From: Sphyrna mokarran
Lineage: Eukaryota
Assembly: GCA_024679065.1 (NCBI GenBank)
Contig: JAGIQG010000032.1
Coordinates: 18,662,001-18,726,000 of the forward strand
Direction of reading: 5' to 3'
DNA: 64,000 nucleotides
Positions within the stretch are counted from its first letter, which is position 1; every line of letters begins with the position of its first letter. A model generated the notes under the pieces. It was not told the origin of the DNA, did no database searches, and was given only the letters and a program-made list of their open reading frames with translations. Position numbers and translations under genes: made by a program. Positions 24,681 through 37,598 of the stretch are shown piece by piece.

Positions 24681-25598
24681 TACATTTGCTATGTTGTACA
24701 TAAAAGAATGGAAGTCATCCAAGTGAGAGAGACAAGCAGACAGCTCTGGTACTCAAAATCTAAACCAATAGTTGAAATGTTTGGATGATCCAAAGCTATT
24801 TTGATTTGTGACAAACACATTAATCATTGTTTCATTATATTATGTTCTCCCAACTATACTCCATGGTTTTATTCTCTATGCCAATTTGAAAGGAGCACTC
24901 AACATCCACTCACACAAGTGTCTGTTCATGTGCCATACATTGTTAATGAATGTTTCTGGACTAAAATTGAAAATTAAAGTTCATACACTTGGAGTTCATA
25001 CACTTCTCATGCTGCATCAGATTTTTTTGTTTAGAACTTCATATGTCAACTTACTTAGAAAAGTTGTAATTTTGCAAATGTTAAAATTATAGATTAGCCA
25101 TTGCAAAAATGTCACAGGAAATGCCAAGTTTTCACAGTTCAAATACAGGCTGAAATTTGAGCGATTGTGATTAAATCCTGTTCTTATTATGAACAGAAAA
25201 ACAACATTGATATTAATGATTTTGAAGGAAGTATAATGGGATTTCTTTTTCATAACATTTACTACTCTATTTACACTTAAACACTGAGTAGTTTTGGAAC
25301 TAATAAAACAGACGGAATGGAAAAACTATTGCATCAATGAATTCCAATCTGTTCTCATTTTCAGGAAGACCTCAATCTACGCAGCCAGAAATCCCAATGG
25401 ATTCAGGCTGGAACTTCAAAATTAAGTGCTCATTTTATCTGTTAGCATTTTATCCACACTCAAAACCCAATTACTAACAGGTTTATAAAAACATCTCCTA
25501 GATGTTCCTAGACGGCCTCTGCTGTTCTATAAGGTTACATATAAGGTTCTATAACTAGTGGATGCAGCATGGGAGATAGAAGATTGCAGCATCCCAGT

Positions 25599-27214
25599 CA
25601 TAAGAACATAAGAAATAGGAGCAGCAGTAGACCATCCAGCCCCTTGAGCCTACCCCGCCACTTAATAAGATCATGGCTGATCTGCAGTGGTTCAGTACCA
25701 CTTTCCCGCTTTCTCCCTGTAACCCTTAATTCCCTTGACAGTCAAAAACCTATCCACTTTTGACTTAAATATATTCAGCGAGCAAGCCTCCACCACTTCA
25801 ACAGGCAGAGAATTCCAAAGGTTCACCACTCTTTGCGTGAAGAAATTCCTCCTCAACTCTGATCTGAACTGCGCCCCCCTCTCCCCCCACCTAATTTTGA
25901 GGCTGTGCTCTCTAGTTCTGCTATCTTTACTAAGCAGGAAGAGTCTCTCAATCTCTATCCTATCCATCCCCTTCACTATCTTATACGTCTCTATAAGATC
26001 TCCTCTCAGCCTTCTAAACTCCAGCAAGTACAAACCTAGCCTATTTAGTCTCTTCTCATAATCCAACGCCCTCATCTCTGGAATCAGCCTAGTGAACCTT
26101 CTCTGTACCCCCTCTAAGGCCAATATATCCTTCCTCAAATGCGGCAACCAAAACTGCACACAATACTCCAACTGCGGCCTCACCAGTACCCTGTACAGCT
26201 GCAAAAGTACCTCCCTACTTTTATATTCTATCCCCCTAGCTATAAAGGCCAACATTGCATTCGCCCTCTTGATCACCTGCTGCACGTGCAGACTGTGTTT
26301 TTGCGATTCATGCACAAGGACCCCCAGGTCCCTCTGCACCATCGCATGCTGCAGCTTTTCGCCATTTAAATAATAATCCTTCCTACCATTATTCCTATCG
26401 AAGTGGATAACCTCACACTTGCTAACATTATACTCCATCTGCCAGGTCTTCGCCCACTCACTCAACCTATCCAGATCCCTCTGCAGGCTTCTCACACCCC
26501 CTACGCAATTTGCTTTTCCACTCATCTTCATGTCATCAGCAAATTTCGAGACCCAACACTCAGCCCCTTCCTCCAGATCGTTATGTAAATGGTAAATAGT
26601 TGAGTCCCTAGCACTGATCTCTGGGGCACTCCACTAATCACCAGCTGCCAATCAGAATAGCTCCCATTAATTTCTACTCTCTGCTTCCTATTAGACAACC
26701 AATCCTCTATCCAGTCTAATACCTTACCCCAACTCTCCTGCACCCTAACCTTCTGCAGCAATCTTTTGTGAGGCACCTTATCAAACGCCTTTTGGAAATC
26801 CAAAAACACCATATCCACCGGTTCCCCTCTATCTACTCCACTAGTCACTTCCTCATAGAACTCCAATAAATTTGTCAAGCATGACTTTCCCTTAACGAAT
26901 CCGTGCTGTGTCTGTTTGATCAAACAGTTCGTATCCAGGTGCCTCGTTATTTCTGCTTTGATGACAGATTCAAGCATTTTTCCTACTACAGACGTTAAAC
27001 TAACCAGCCTATAATTCCCTGCTTTCTGTCTGCTAGCTTTTTTTAAACAGTGGCATAACATTAGCCATTTTCCAATCTTCCGGCATTTTCCCGGAGTCCA
27101 GGAATTCTGAAAGGTAATTACTAGGGCATCCGCAATCACCTCTGCCATTTCCTTGAGAACCCTGGGATGCATTCCATCCGGTCCCAGGGACTTATCTACC
27201 CTCAGCCCCGTTAG
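25599..27214 (-). mobile_element. Young CR1 with a nearly intact RT (frameshifts)
   Basis: ORFs 26528-27172 and 25692-26531: QHGFVKGKSCLTNLLEF, LDFQKAFDKVPH, SGVPQ, YCVQFW; (TTCTTATG)n tail. Confidence 0.97.
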
Positions 27215-27996
27215 CCACTTAGTCCCTCATAAATGTAAGTAAAAATATTACTCACCTTTTCATCAGTGACCTTTTAAAGATCACTGGTTAAACTGCTATA
27301 GGCTCAAAATGTTGTAAAGTGTATTTTCTGGCTGAATTTATAAGTGCAGTCAGAAAACAGGCATTGAATCCTAATTAGCAATTAAAATGACCTAATGATT
27401 ATTTAAAGTCAGTTCCTTGGACACTTGGAAATCTTAATCTGGCAAATTGGCAGCTGGCACATTTCTTTTGGGGGCAGTGGGGGACGGATGGTATTGGTCG
27501 TACAGATTTGGCATGCGAGTCAAGATTGGAAATCTGTCCTGTCCAACATTAATCTTTCACCCAAAAGAATGGATGTAACTGAGACCAATCTTTCCCCGAG
27601 GATATCAAACAGTGATTGACTTCTAGTGACTCATAAACAGAAGATTAGCATTTTAAAAGTAAACTGAAATATTTGCAACATTGAACAAAGCTTTGAAAAT
27701 ATGGAGCATTAATCCCAGATGTAAACTAATTACATTACCATTTCAATTAGAATTTTACAATAATTGCCTTTCATTTGACGATGTTAAATAGAGATGTTAA
27801 AATAATATTTTAATATAAGTAATAATAGTATTGTAGGAATTATTTCAAATAATTACAAAATAATTATTATTGATCAACAAATTCATAATTGTATTATTTG
27901 TCAGGAGTTATATATTTATTGATTTTAAGGTGATGTTGGCACAATTGGGTTTATCAAATAAATGGTGCAAAGTTACTGAAGTTCAGCTTTTTTTAG

Positions 27997-28047
27997 GACT
28001 TGCAACTTTATGTGATCAAGGAGTGTACAATGGAACGTCTACTGATG
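27997..28047 (+). CDS. Candidate 51-nt internal exon of an unidentified gene
   Basis: CTGAA branch-like site, CTTTTTTTAG acceptor and ATG|GTAAGT donor. Open in phase 1 (GLATLCDQGVYNGTSTD) and phase 0 (DLQLYVIKECTMERLLM). Lies in a stretch with no recognisable repeats. Confidence 0.45.
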
Positions 28048-28954
28048 GTAAGTTTAAATACCTGGTGAAAACCCTCAAATGGAGGAAAAACATGGAATGT
28101 AATATGTAAAAGACATTGGTTTTGTATACATCAAGCAATTCTTTGGAGCTGCCACACTTTTGCAGATGCAATTTTTGCGTTGAATGAATGCTGCTAAAAT
28201 AGGTAGCTTAAAGATGATTTGCATTAAAATGTGCTATCTGTGGAATCCTGACGTATTGGTAGAAAATTGTTTTTTTGATATTGTATTATTAAATAATTTA
28301 ATAATACTTCATTGATGATACTTTAAAAATTGCTTACATTAAGCTATATTATTAAGCTAAGCTATTAAGTAACAGGAATTTAGCATTGCAAACAGGTCAT
28401 ATTCAACCTGACTATATTCAACAACAGGATTAGGCACTAAAGTAAATTCTCATTTTAATAGGCGTGCAAATAACAAAAATAGACTGCTTTGACATTATCC
28501 TCAGAAATATCCTGATACATAAAGAGTTAATTATGTATTTTTAATAGTTGGTCAAACCAGAGCAAAATACTGATGCTATATCATTTGATAGGAAGAGGAA
28601 ATGCTACAAATTTCCTGGGGTGAATATTTGAGCCAAGTTTAAATGCCAACACTAAAAATAACATCTGGAATTAATGCGACAGCAGCTCTAGTTTATTTTT
28701 ACCGAGGAAACTGCGTGAATGAAACCTGATAGGCTTCAGGAAACTTCGCTTCTCTTTAATGCCTTATTTTGTTCAGGATCGCATGAATTTAGTTGGATTA
28801 TCATATGCACCACATGGAAGTATTGATTCACTGTCACATCTATTTTAGCTCAGTAGCAATGCCAAAATATTGAGGCTCTTGATGATAATTCTGCTTGGTC
28901 CATTTCAAAACTAGAAGTTGTCATTGAATATTGGTAACCTGTGTCAGGTTTTTA

Positions 28955-29720
28955 TATTTTCGTAATTCATTTGCACAACAGGGATGTCAGTGGCAAGGCC
29001 TGCATCAACCTGAGACGATAAGAGGAGGTAGTGGTAGCCCTTCTCCTTGAATACCTATGGGGAATATGTTCCCAAAACGATGCTAGGTAGGGACTGCCAT
29101 GATTTTGACAAAGTGGCAAGTTGGGGGCCATGATATGTGTCCAAGTCAGAATAGTGTTATTTGGATCTGATAGTGTTCCAAAGCACCTGTTACCCTTTTT
29201 CTTCTAAGCGGTGGAAGACATGGGTTTGAGAAATCTTCCTGATGAAACTGTGGCAAGTACTACAGTGCATACTGGAGGCATCAGTATGTCAGTGCTGTAG
29301 AGAGTGGATGTTAAAGCTACAAGAAGATATCTTGATTAAGCAGATTACTTTGTCCTGGATGGAATCAAGCTTCATGAGTCTTGGTGCATTTGGATCCAAA
29401 CAAGCAGGCAGAGAGTAATCCATCACATTCCTAACTTATGGGTTGCAAGGGATTTGGGGAATCAAGAGTGGAGCAACTTGTCATAGAAAACCCAGTCTCT
29501 GACTTCCTCCCAAAGCCACGGCATTTATATGGTTCCAGTTGAGCATCTGGTGAATGGTGATCCCATTATTGTTGTGGATGTTGGATTTAGCACTTGTAAT
29601 GCCATCAGAAGGTTGGTTGCCATCTTGTTGAGGATGGTCATCGTCTGGCACCCACGCAACACCCATGATACAGTTCATGACTGCTCTTGTTTCATGTAGG
29701 AAAGAATTACTTCATTTTAT
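28955..29720 (-). mobile_element. Old non-CR1 LINE 3' fragment (RTE-X-like)
   Basis: Homologous to 51985-53600, including the TAATCCATCACATTCC.ACTT and CTTTGTCC.GGAT motifs. Confidence 0.65.
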
Positions 29721-30209
29721 GAGTTGTGCGGTATCAAATACTTCATTTGGATATAAAAATATAAATGAAAAGTAAAAGCCATGCCATATAATGCAGGTAG
29801 TGATATAAACCTAGATTTTCCAGTCAGGTGTAAGTCTAATCAGAAGTAGGGAGGACTGAGAAAACCACATAGTTGATCAATAGTATACTGAGCCTATGCA
29901 TCTTTCCAAGATCAATGTCATTTAGCAAAATTGCTAAAGAAGTTCAAGATCAAGAAGGAAGCTCAGAGGAACAGAGGGATCTTGGGTTACTTACTCACAG
30001 ATCCCTGAAGTCAGCAGAGCAGATAAATAGGATAGTTAAGAAGGCATATGGGAACTTGCCTTTGTCAGTCATGGTAAAGAGTATAAGAGGAAGGAGGTAA
30101 TGTTGGAGTTGTACAGAACATTTGTTATGCTACAGCTGGAGTACCATGTGCAGTTCAGGTCCCATCACCATTGGAGGAATGAGATAGCACTAAAGAGAAT
30201 GTTCACCAG

Positions 30210-30385
30210 AATCAAAATCAGAAAATGCTGGAAAATCTCAGCAGGTCTGTGGAGAGAGACTAGAGCTGACATTTGGAGTTAGGATGACTCTTCGTTAGAG
30301 CGCTCCACAAATGCTGTCAGACCTGCTTTTCCAGCATTTTCTGTTTTTGCTTCAGATTTCAACATCTGCAGTATTTTGCTTTTAA
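30210..30385. mobile_element. Penelope-type fold-back element with a 9-bp TSD
   Basis: CAGAAAATGCTGGAAAA..CAGCAGGTCTG inverted against CAGACCTGC..TTCCAGCATTTTCTG; TSD GTTCACCAG at 30201-30209 and 30386-30394. Confidence 0.8.
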
Positions 30386-30499
30386 GTTCACCAGGATGTT
30401 GCCTAGGACAGAGCATTTGAGCTATAAGGAGAGATTAAATAGGCTTGCATTAGATTAGACAGAGATTAGGTAGGCTTTCTTTAGAGCAGAGAAGGCTGA

Positions 30500-30915
30500 A
30501 TAGACTGGGACTTTTTCTCTCAAGCGTAGGAGGCTAAGGCTGACCTTATAGAGGCATTTAAAATAACGAGGGGCATAGATAACGTAGATTGTCAATATCT
30601 TTTCCCAAAGGTAGGAGAGTCTGAAACTAGAAGGCACAGGTTTAAGGTAAGAGAAGAGAGATACAAAAGTGTCCAGAGGGGCAATATTTTCACACAGACT
30701 GTCTGGAACAAGCTGCCAGAGGTAGTAGTAGAGATGGGTACAATTTCATCTTTTAAAAAACATTTAGATAGTTACATGGGTACGATGGGTATAGAGGATA
30801 TGGGCCAAATGCAGGCAATTGGGATTATTTCAGGGTTTTAAAAAAAAGGCAGCATGGACAAGTTGGGTCGAAGGGCTTGTTTCCAAGTTGTAAACCTCTA
30901 TGACTCCAACTCTAT
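30500..30915 (+). mobile_element. CR1 3' fragment nested in CR1, 11-bp TSD
   Basis: TSD GAGAAGGCTGA at 30489-30499 and 30916-30926. Confidence 0.9.
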
Positions 30916-31628
30916 GAGAAGGCTGAGGAGGGACATGATGGAGGTGTATAAGATTAAGAGAGGCATGGACAGAGTGAGTAGGAAGCATCTGATCCCCTTG
31001 GTTGAGGGGTCAATTGCAAGGGGCATAGTTTAAGGGTGAGGGCCAGGAGAGTCAGAGGGGATTTGAGAAAAAATAAGTCACTCAGAAAGTGGTCGAAATC
31101 AGGAATGCACTGCCTGGGAAAGTAGTAGAAGTTGGAAACATTACAATCTTTAAAAAACATTTCGATAAGCAGTTGAAATATCACAACATTCAAGGAAATG
31201 GGACAGTGCAGGAAAATGGAATTAGCGCACCTTAGTGGTAGTTATTGTTAGTGCAGATACGATGGGCTGAGGGGCCTTTTCTGTGTTGAATGACTCTGAT
31301 TCTATAATTGTCTTGAGCGCAATGCATTGGAAACAGTGGGTCACTTGCTTGTTGACATGGGAAATTGTACACTATTGTAAGATTTAAAACATCTTCTACA
31401 GTTTAAAAGGGCTAGGGCCAATGTCTGCAAAGCAGTACCACTACTTTTGGAACATATCTGTAAACAGCTCTGCAGGACCCATAGTAATTCTGATGGAAGA
31501 AGTAAACACAGCATGGCGGATCTCTTTGGAACAGAGCACACTCAGCAGCTCAAGAAAGCTGCGAAACTAAAATACCAGAAGGTGACAAGAAATATAAATG
31601 GCATGAGCAACATAACACAAATTATCGA

Positions 31629-32422
31629 ATAGAATCCCTACAATGTAGAAGGAGGCCATTCTGCCTATCAAGCCTGCACTGACTCTCCAACAGAATAGCT
31701 TATCCAGGCCCTATCCCCGTAATCCTACATATTTACCCTATTAATTCCTCCTAACTTACATATCTTCGGCCACCAAAGGGAAATTTAGCATGGGCAAGCA
31801 ACCTAATAAGAACAAAGAACAAAGAACAAAACAGCATGGGAAACAAGCCCTTCGGCCCAACGAGCCCACGCCGCCACCCCAGTGTTCCCACCTCTACCCG
31901 TGATCCCTGTCCATGTTTATAGATCTATGGATTAAAAACCAAATTTGAGACAATTTAGGAAGAATTTGTTTTGCCAATTAGCCTAAGAGCACATCTTTGG
32001 GAAATGGGAGGAAACCGGAGCGCCCGGAGAAAACCCACGCAAGCACAGGGAGAATGCACAAACTCCCACAGACACAGGCCCAAATCCACGTATCTGCACA
32101 GCACAGCGATAGTCACTGAGCTGTCGTGTTGCCCATCAGATGGTCCAGGTCAAGCATACACTAACGACGTGAAGCAGTAGGATACTCTCAAAAGATCCAA
32201 GAGCAGTCCTCTCACGACCCATCGCATGTATGTCCCTCGTTAGACAACAAGGTGGACCAAAGCTGCACATCTTTAGACTGTGGAAGGAAATTGGAGCGCC
32301 CGGAGAAAATCCACACAAACACGAGAAGAACATGCAAATTCCACACAGACAGGGTCAGAATTAAACCTGGCTCCCCGGTGCAATGAGGTAACAGTGCTAA
32401 CCACTGTGCCATTGTGCTGCCC
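31629..32422 (-). mobile_element. HE1/V-SINE split by an insertion
   Basis: Tail half at 31629-31806 and head half at 32264-32422 rejoin at ACCTAA|TGCACATC. Confidence 0.85.
31807..32263 (-). mobile_element. Composite retroposon: unique 5' segment, fossil V-SINE, unique spacer and CR1-type 3' end with (GTTCTTT)n
   Basis: The 3' ~145 nt recur at 52796-52937; see findings. Confidence 0.75.
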
Positions 32423-32774
32423 AAATTGGAAGACTAAGAATATGATGTGGAAGTTCACAAGGAAGAAAATAAATTCAATGGTACTGCAAAACTTTAATAA
32501 TTCAGATTTTCAGTATATTATCTGTGTACTTTAGTGGAAAGTATAACTTACAATCCCGAAATAGCATTTCAGATATTGAATAAACTAACCTTCTTTGTGG
32601 CCTACACTTCAGTTTTACTTTCTTCAGTTATTAGCACTAGAGATGCAATTTTTCTTTTTCATCATTTATTATTTTAATGAACTAACAACGTACCCATAAT
32701 GAATTCCTGAATGAACAATAAAATTAAATTGAATAAACTTAAAATCCTACTAAGTCAAACAAGATATCAGAGCA

Positions 32775-32880
32775 TGAACAAAAACAGAAAGTGCTGGAAA
32801 GACTCAACAGGTCTGGCAGCATCTGTACAGAGAGAAACTGAATCAACGTTTTGAGTCAGAATGACTCTTCATTCAAACTA
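32775..32880. mobile_element. Penelope-type fragment with a decayed hammerhead motif
   Basis: AAAACAGAAAGTGCTGGAAAGACTCAACAGGTCTGGCAGCATCTG followed by the GAGTC-AGAAT-GACTC stem. Confidence 0.7.
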
Positions 32881-33866
32881 CATTCAAACAAAGTAATTGT
32901 TTTTTCTAATTCAGTTAACAGATGCAACTACATCATGTCACATCCATTCTAGACCACATTTTGACTTTGCATTTGTGTATAATCATGACCCACAACAAAA
33001 TAGAAAGAATCTTTTTGGGAGAAGCACCTCTGCATTCATGCATTAATGCTGTATGAGAAGAAAATCCTGCAAAATTGTTAAGGAGAGAGGATTGGAAATG
33101 TGGACTGATCTGAGCAAAGGATTGTGCCAATCTTTTCTCCTGTTGTTTTATTCCCCTCATTGTATTCTCTCATTTACTCACTGAGGACAACCAATTTATC
33201 ATGACTTCTTCTATTTGCAGCAAATCTGAGGGGTTTTTTTAAGGTCACTGCAATAACATCTCTTCCCTTTCACTTTCCCCAAATGGATCACATGGAGTCC
33301 AGGTAGTAACACTAGAACTGTTCTACACCACTCATTCTTACTCATCTCCATCTCCTGCAAGTACCAATTCAAGTAATTCTATTTAGAGCACTTCATACAG
33401 TGCTACAGGGAAATGCATTGTTGAAATATGGAGCAGCAGCAACTACCTGTGACAGAGGGAAAGTGTGGACATGGTATCATGGTATCACAGATATACCTGT
33501 GCTACTCCTCAGCTAATGAACCCAGGAACCAGGAACTTGTGGATGATTTGAAAAGAGCAATGTTGTTCTGTTAGTGCAGTTACTTGTTTTATTCAGTCTC
33601 AGGATGTGAAAATTATGAATAAGATCAGCATTTATTCCCCATTCTTAATTACACTAGAGAATATGGCAATGAGCTGCCTCTTGAACAATTTCAGTCCATG
33701 TGGTGTACATCCAACCACAATGCAAAATCCCACCCTTTTGTTTCCACATGTAGATTCAAACAAACGCATAACAGGTTTTATTGAAGGATTGTTCTTTGGT
33801 TTGCAACAAAATAGTAAAATGAAAGTAAAACAGCATTCTGAGTGCATACCCTAATGACATTATTAT

Positions 33867-34135
33867 TGTGATAACCCTGAGGATTTGCATGGGAAAATCA
33901 CTGATTGATCTCCTTGTAGGACTTGTTGAATATCAGCTTCCTGGTGATTGGTAACTATCTCACCAAGTGGAGCTCGTATACTGAGCACATTATAAAGCAG
34001 GCCCCTGAGTGGGTCCATTATTGTATTGTCCAAGTTGGGATCTGTTTGTCTTCACCATAGGCTTGTGATATAGTTTTACTTTATTTTGTGCAATAAAGTA
34101 TTGTTCCTTTGCATTTGACTCCTTGAGTTTCTGTA
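33867..34135 (+). mobile_element. Probable solo-LTR fragment inside the 3' LTR
   Basis: Starts TGTGATAAC; TATAAA then AATAAA in order on the + strand; no TSD found. Confidence 0.5.
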
Positions 34136-35171
34136 AACAGCTCTTAAAGAAACTTGCACCTTTTAAATATATGACGTGCTTTCCCCTTTCTACGATAACA
34201 AATTACTACGATGTTATGCTAAGGACCAATAATAGTCTAGACATGTACTATGCATCATTAATCATCATATACACTCAGTAAGAAAGTCAATCAGGAGAAC
34301 GTCCAATCCTGTTTGGTTGTATATGATGTTCTGTAATTAGGTTGTCTTTGAACCTAGGAGTATGATTTTGAACTTCAGGAGACACTTCTTGTCTTGGAAC
34401 TAATGCTGTATCATTCCCATTTGGTATAGTAGCCAAGATACAATCATCAGGGAACTCAGATTCGACCAAGTCTTCTGTAGTAGTATATATAATACCAAAG
34501 ACTAAAGAAATTGGAACTTCTAGAGATGATTCGGAGAAATCATTTCAGCATGATAACGACTGGTCAGCATGGTGTCGCCAAACTAGTTCATCTTCGGTTT
34601 GAATCATGTAAGAAATTAGACCTATTTCTGCTAAAACTATGGCTGGTACCCATTTCTCACATGTTGTGTAACTATGCACTAACATTCAATCTCCTTATTG
34701 AAATTACCATTGTTTTGCTCTCACTGCTTGTCTAGCAACCAGACATTCTCGTTGATGCTCTACTATCTCTGAGGTTTCTGGCAGTAATAAATCAAACGTG
34801 GTTCTCAACTTTCCCTTTAAGAGTAGTAATACAGGTGAATTTTGGGTAGTCGTATGAATAGTGTTTCTATAAGATACATAAAATGTGATTCAAGCAACAT
34901 GATAATGAACCTTGCTGTTTTGAAGCTTTTAAAGAGTATTTTAAGGATTGTACAAATCCTGCAGCTAATTCATTGGTTGATGGATGATAAAGTGTGGCTT
35001 TTATATGCTGAATACCATTTACCATGAGATAATCCTCAAACTTTGTGAAACAAACTGTGAATGATTATTGCTAGCAATCTGTTCTGGTTTACCGAATCTT
35101 GCAAAAACTTCATTAAGTTTTTCAATGGTTTGTTCAGTTGTGGAAGATCCCATAATACCAACTTCTGGCCA

Positions 35172-35444
35172 GGGACCCAAATTCGATTCCCAGCTTGGAT
35201 CACTCTCTGTGTGGAGTCTGCATATTCTCCCTGTGTCTGGGTGGGTTTCCTTCAGTGCTCCGGTTTCCTTCCACAATCCAAAAGATGTGCTGGTTAGGTG
35301 CATTGGCCATGTTAAATTCTCCTTCAGTTTACCCGAACAGGTACCAGCGTGTAGCGACTTGGGGTTTTTCATGGTAACTTCATTGCAGTGCTGATGTAAG
35401 CCTACTTGTGACACCACTAAATAAACTTAAACTTAATAAACTTA
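35172..35444 (+). mobile_element. V-SINE type 2 inserted in integrase, 12-bp TSD
   Basis: TSD AACTTCTGGCCA at 35160-35171 and 35445-35456; (TAAACT)n tail. Confidence 0.92.
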
Positions 35445-36472
35445 AACTTCTGGCCAATTTAAGTGTGCATCAATTAATGACCAGGAACATGTGATCCATA
35501 AACAGACCAGCAAAATGTACATGCAATCATTACCATGGCATTTTAGACCACTCCCAATGGTGAAAAAGAGACACCAGTGGGGTATTTCTTATTCATGCAT
35601 AGCATTGACATTGTCCCACTTTTTCTTCAACCTGAGCATCCAGACTTGGCCATCAAAATAACTACATACTAACGTAGGATGTTCTTTGTATAGAACGCTA
35701 CCATACAAACTAGGAGGAATGATCACTAGAATTCCCCACAACAGATACCATCTTGGATGGTCAACTCAAGCTTCTTTGATACATATGGTTTCAAGTCAGA
35801 ATGTGGACAATGTGTTCCAGCTATCGTTCATTTCAGTACCACTTCCATCACTTTCCCCATCAGGGAATCATTTCTGGTATACCTCTGAACCTGAGAAGCT
35901 GTCACTGGCTGTGGATCTGCTAATGAAAAATATAAAATATTTGCAAATCTAGTTGTGGTATCTGTTCAATAGATATAAAAGTAAGTGTAATAATGCATCC
36001 ACATTAGCAAACACTCTGATTGACAATACTTTATATTGTAAGAAAGTGCAGAAAAGATCAGCAATCATCTTTTTAATCAGCTAGCAGTTAACAATGATGT
36101 GTCTTTATACAGCCCAAATATAATAGTTAATGATTAATAACCAGTCAAGAACGTGAAATGACAACCATATAAATAATGATGAAACCTTTGTATGCCAAAA
36201 ATTATACTCAATGCTTCTTTTTCTAGCTGAACATAGATTGGTACAGCACTAGTATGTGAGTATGTGAAGCAAAAGATAACAGTCATTCTAAAGGTAATGG
36301 TCATCCTTTTCCCGAAGGCATAATATGTAAAAATACCCCATAAGATGAAGTGTCACAAATAAGCAGTAATGGTAGTTTTGGATTAAAATGAATCAATATT
36401 TCAAACTTCTGCAAAGCACAATTGAAATCCTTGTGTGCTTTCTCACATTTTGTTGTCCAGTCCCATGACTGG

Positions 36473-37598
36473 ACAACACTTCTACAGAAAATGCAGATGT
36501 GTGGAATAGAGGGTGATTTAGCTAATTGGATTAGGAATTGGCTGGCAGATAGAAGACAGAGGGTGGTGGTTGATGGGAGATATTCATCGTGGAGTTCGGT
36601 GACGAGTGGTGTGCCTCAGGGGTCTGTTTTGGGGCCCCTGCTGTTTGTAATTTTTATAAATGATCTGGATGAGGGTATTGAGGGATGGATCAGTACATTT
36701 GCAGATGACACTAAAGTCGGTGGAGTGGTAGATAGTGAAGAGGGGTGTGATAGTTTACAGAGTGACTTGGACAAGTTGCAGAGCTGGGCCGAGAGGTGGC
36801 AAATGGAGTTTAATGTGGAAAAGTGTGATGTAATGCACTTTGGCAGGAACAATAAATGTGTAGAGTATAGGGCTAATGGTAGGGCTCTTAATAGTGTTGA
36901 GGAACAGAAGGATCTTGGTGTATGTGTCAATAGATCCCTGAAAGTCGGCAGTCAAGTGGATAAAGTTGTTAAGAAGGCATATGGAGTCTTAGCTTTTATT
37001 GGTAGGGGGATTGAATTTCGGAGCCGCAACGTCATGTTGCAACTGTACAAACTCTAGTGCGGCCGCACTTGGAGTATTGTGTGCAGTTCTGGTCCCCACA
37101 TTATAAGAAAGATGTGGAGGCATTGGAGAGGGTACAGAGGAGGTTTAATAGGATGTTGCCTGGTATGGAGGGCAGGTCCTATGAAGAGAGGTTGAAGGAT
37201 TTGAGGTTGTTTTCGTTAGAAAGGAGGCGGCTAAGAGGGATCTTATTGAAGCATATAAGATGATTAGAGGTTTAGATAGGGTGGACAGTGATAGCCTTTT
37301 TCCGAGGATGGAGAAAGCTAGCACGAGGGGACACAGCTTTAAATTAAGGGGTATGAGTTATAGGACGGATATCAGAGGTAGGTTCTTACTCAAAGAGTGA
37401 TTAGGGAGTGGAATGCCCTGCCTGCAGCTGTTGTAGATGCGCCAAGTTTGGTGGCGTTTAAGAGGTTAATTGAAAAGTATATGGAAGAGAAGGGAATGGT
37501 TTAGTTTGGAGGGGCATTGCTTTTTATTTTGGTCGGCACAACATCGAAGGCCGAAGGGCCTGTTCTGTGCTGTAATGTTCTATGTTCTATGTTCTATG
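36473..37598 (+). mobile_element. Young CR1 inserted in Gypsy pol, 8-bp TSD
   Basis: ORFs 36422-37057 and 37057-37263; TSD ATGACTGG at 36465-36472 and 37596-37603. Confidence 0.97.

Larger units (their letters stand above)
29960..31305 (+). mobile_element. Old CR1 with two nested insertions
   Basis: EEQRDLG..HRSLK, LEYHVQF and a 3' tail; interrupted at 30210 and 30500. Confidence 0.85.

Noticed and set aside
24084-24788. 234-aa ORF
   Set aside because: Non-ATG start, spans a GC-rich repeat, and shows no domain motif.
25692-27172. Long RT ORFs as a retron, group II intron or DGR-like system
   Set aside because: Motifs and tails are ordinary 5'-truncated CR1 ORF2 with frameshifts; the same applies to 36422-39738.
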